Positions 32,292 through 34,049 of a stretch of 34,049 bases of DNA are shown piece after piece (the stretch's first letter is position 1; each line of letters begins with the position of its first letter). Both the position numbers and the translations under genes were made by a program. The stretch comes from Desulfobacterales bacterium (GTDB taxonomy: Bacteria; Desulfobacterota; Desulfobacteria; Desulfobacterales; UBA11574): NCBI GenBank assembly GCA_030145595.1, contig JAQYVG010000002.1, positions 1-34,049 of the forward strand, in the 5' to 3' direction. The notes beneath the pieces were generated by a model. It was not told the origin of the DNA and searched no databases. It saw only the letters and a program-made list of their open reading frames with translations.

Positions 32292-32504
32292 TGATAACCG
32301 TCTTTATAGTTCAAGATATCTCCAATAACATGCTCTACAGCAAGGCACTGTTTTCTAATGATAGGCTTGCCACCGTAGATTTAATACCATAAAAAAAACA
32401 TTTATAGAAGCGTTATGAAAATGCATCTTAATTCACTAAAATGCATAATAAATCAAACACGTCAAACATTTTTCCATTTTGTTTACGATCACTTGAGGTA
32501 GAAC

Positions 32505-32627
32505 ACAGATGACACGGATTTTGCAGATTTTAACGGATTTTATATTATTTTATCTGTATCTGTGTAGATCAGTTTTAATCTGTGTTATCCGCGTTCCATT
32601 GAACCTATAACCCTGAACCCAGAACCA
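32505..32627. repeat. Low-complexity word arrays: [AC]CGGATTTT/CAGATTTT 9-10-mers, their inverted counterparts, then the heptad array TTGAACC TATAACC CTGAACC CAGAACC
   Basis: Direct reading: ACACGGATTTTGCAGATTTTAACGGATTTTA, then ATCTGTATCTGTGTAGATCAGTTTTAATCTGTGTTATCCGCG, then 32600-27 with a 7-nt period NNGAACC. Confidence 0.5.
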
Positions 32628-32695
32628 ATCATACAAGGTAACATCCAATAACGAGTAACAAGCAGCCAGACCTTGCGGCCGAAAAAAGAAAAATC

Positions 32696-32724
32696 TTGAC
32701 CCGGGTTTAACCCTTGCTTACCAT
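32696..32724 (+). promoter_or_regulatory. Candidate sigma70 promoter of the antitoxin gene (TTGACC-N17-TACCAT)
   Basis: -35 at 32696-32701 and -10 at 32719-32724, 50 nt upstream of the ATG at 32774. An alternative -10 is CATAAT with a 20-nt spacer. Confidence 0.3.
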
Positions 32725-32773
32725 AATGCAAGAATTTTCTGTTTTGGCAAGAAATCATTGAAAGGGGTAATTA

Positions 32774-32995
32774 ATGCCGACTGCCACACTTACCAGTAAA
32801 GGCCAGACCGTTATTCCGAAGGCCGTCAGGGATCATTTGGGCCTGCAACCCGGAGATATACTCGATTTTGTCGTTCAAGACAACGGCGATATTTTGATTC
32901 GACCCGCAGTACACGATGTTCAGAGCTTGAAAGGAATGTTACACCGTCCCGGAAGAAAGCCGGTGACAATAGAAGAGATGAACCTTAAAAGATAA
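32774..32995 (+). CDS. AbrB/MazE/SpoVT-family type II antitoxin (VapB/PrlF-like), no cognate toxin adjacent
   Basis: MPTATLTSKGQTVIPKAVRDHLGLQPGDILDFVV..GDILIRP is a classic SpoVT-AbrB swapped-hairpin motif. 73 aa. SD AAAGGGG. Confidence 0.8.
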   Translation: MPTATLTSKGQTVIPKAVRDHLGLQPGDILDFVVQDNGDILIRPAVHDVQSLKGMLHRPGRKPVTIEEMNLKR

Positions 32996-33092
32996 CAAAC
33001 GATTCAGTCTTATCGGCGCTTAGTCCAACCTAAGCTGAGCGATTAACAAGAAACCAGCAACACGCAATCAGACCTCCCGAAGCCCGCAACCC

Positions 33093-33133
33093 GGTTTGTT
33101 GAGTTGAGTTGTTGGTTGGTTGGTTGAGTTGAA
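33093..33133 (+). repeat. G/T-rich short-unit array (GTTGA/GTTG units), copy X1
   Basis: GGTTTGTTGAGTTGAGTTGTTGGTTGGTTGGTTGAGTTGAAAG shares GTTGAGTTGAGTTG..TTGGTTGGTT with 33831-33868. Confidence 0.6.
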
Positions 33134-33387
33134 AGTGCGGATGCCAATGGTTATAGCGATGTGTCCACCGGTCAAACTTTTATGAACTGCCATGAAAGAT
33201 TGTTGTCAGGGCTAAAAGAAATTTTGATTAAAATTTTGGTTTTCTACCTTAATCGCGCTAAAATGAATTAATAAGTAAAACAGCATAAAGTAGTTATGCC
33301 GCCGGAGCTTCGATCTATCGACTTTCTTCGGTTTTCAAAGACAACTTTTCAACCATAAATTTGCTATTTTTCAGGGCAGATTAATTA

Positions 33388-33690
33388 ATGAAAAAAAGAT
33401 TGATTGTCGTTGTCATCCTTATTATCGGAACTATCGGATTTCTGACTTACGACTGGCATGTGAAAACAAAGCTTCACGAGGATGATCAGCGCGTCACCCT
33501 GTATTCATGGACGGATAAAAAAGGTGCCATACACTTCACCGACACCCAACCTCCGAATGGTGTCCGGAAACTTAAAGATTACAAGGGATTTAAATATGCC
33601 GATCAACCGTGGGTGGTAAAGATAAAAGATAAGGCAATTGATGGGTATAAATGGGTTAAAAAAAAGTTGTTTAAAACGAAAAAACAATAG
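33388..33690 (+). CDS. DUF4124-like small secreted or membrane-anchored protein
   Basis: N-terminal TM/signal segment (LIVVVILIIGTIGFL) followed by LYSWTDKKGAIHFTDTQPP, which matches the DUF4124 core (Y.W.D..G..h.sD.pP). Lys-rich C-terminus. Confidence 0.65.
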   Translation: MKKRLIVVVILIIGTIGFLTYDWHVKTKLHEDDQRVTLYSWTDKKGAIHFTDTQPPNGVRKLKDYKGFKYADQPWVVKIKDKAIDGYKWVKKKLFKTKKQ

Positions 33691-33830
33691 TTTCTAACTA
33701 TTTGGCAATGAGCCTCCGAAGGAGCAAGTCGGAAAATTAAGATTATCGTTGGAAGCAAAGCATAACTGCATTGAATTATCCATTGTTCTGAAACTTGATA
33801 CGCTCAGTTTGTAATGCAATCAAATATCCT

Positions 33831-33868
33831 GCTGGTTGAGTTGAGTTGGTTGGTTGATTTCTTGTTCC
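33831..33868 (+). repeat. G/T-rich short-unit array, copy X2
   Basis: GCTGGTTGAGTTGAGTTGGTTGGTTGATTTCTTGTTCC. Its tail GATTTCTTGTT is the near reverse complement of AACAAGAAACC at 33041-33051. Confidence 0.6.
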
Positions 33869-34049
33869 AATCTGAATAATTTGTTCTTCCAGCTATTCCT
33901 GACATGATTTTATTTTCAATTTTATGCAGGATGGTGACGGTGCTTCTCTGGGAATACTGAATGTAATGTTACAACAAACAATAGTGGGTGGTATGTACAG
34001 TATGTTGTATGGTATGTTTGCAATTTTAGGATGAGGAGGAGGGCAAAAT

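Noticed and set aside
1-34049. Mobile genetic element, prophage, genomic island or defence system encoded by proteins in this window
   Set aside because: No transposase, integrase, recombinase, phage structural gene, restriction, Cas or other recognisable defence gene was found. The SF1 helicase looks like a housekeeping UvrD/PcrA-type enzyme. The repeats are therefore treated as non-autonomous or structural.

Overview
34-kb chromosomal segment from an anaerobic bacterium. Gene content suggests a sulfate-reducer-like Desulfobacterota lineage, but this is inference only: tupA-tunR-tupBC tungstate uptake, class III RNR nrdDG behind tandem NrdR boxes, an HDOD protein plus hybrid sensor kinase, TRAP dctPQM, and ald-alr. 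I call 27 protein genes, nearly all ordinary metabolic or housekeeping functions. By eye I found no rRNA, tRNA, CRISPR array, transposase, integrase or phage gene. The unusual content is noncoding. By my annotation about 6.1 kb (~18%) is intergenic, and most spacers are built from a small set of repeat families. Family A is a ~245-nt whole-length imperfect palindrome with 3 full copies and 1 truncated copy, all in the same orientation, with compensatory changes between its arms. Family B is a ~165-nt modular element whose ends are arrays of a degenerate heptad, TGTC[CA][GT]T. The same heptad also forms free-standing arrays, including a perfect (TTGTCAT)x4. Family C is an 18-bp palindrome fused to a sigma70-like promoter. 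Family D is a set of GC-rich CCCCG..CGGGATTTCCGCTRCGC hairpins. Other points worth a second look: a duplicated gene module (a small coiled-coil, basic-linker, winged-helix-like protein upstream of a ~1000-aa M16 peptidase, present twice around rsmA), one of whose small proteins has a histone-H1-like KKAVAKKKAPA x5 tract; a ~300-nt nrdD leader with mutually exclusive long helices downstream of a textbook double NrdR-box promoter; and an orphan, apparently truncated AbrB-type antitoxin. All function calls rest on motifs I recognise in the translations. No database search was run.
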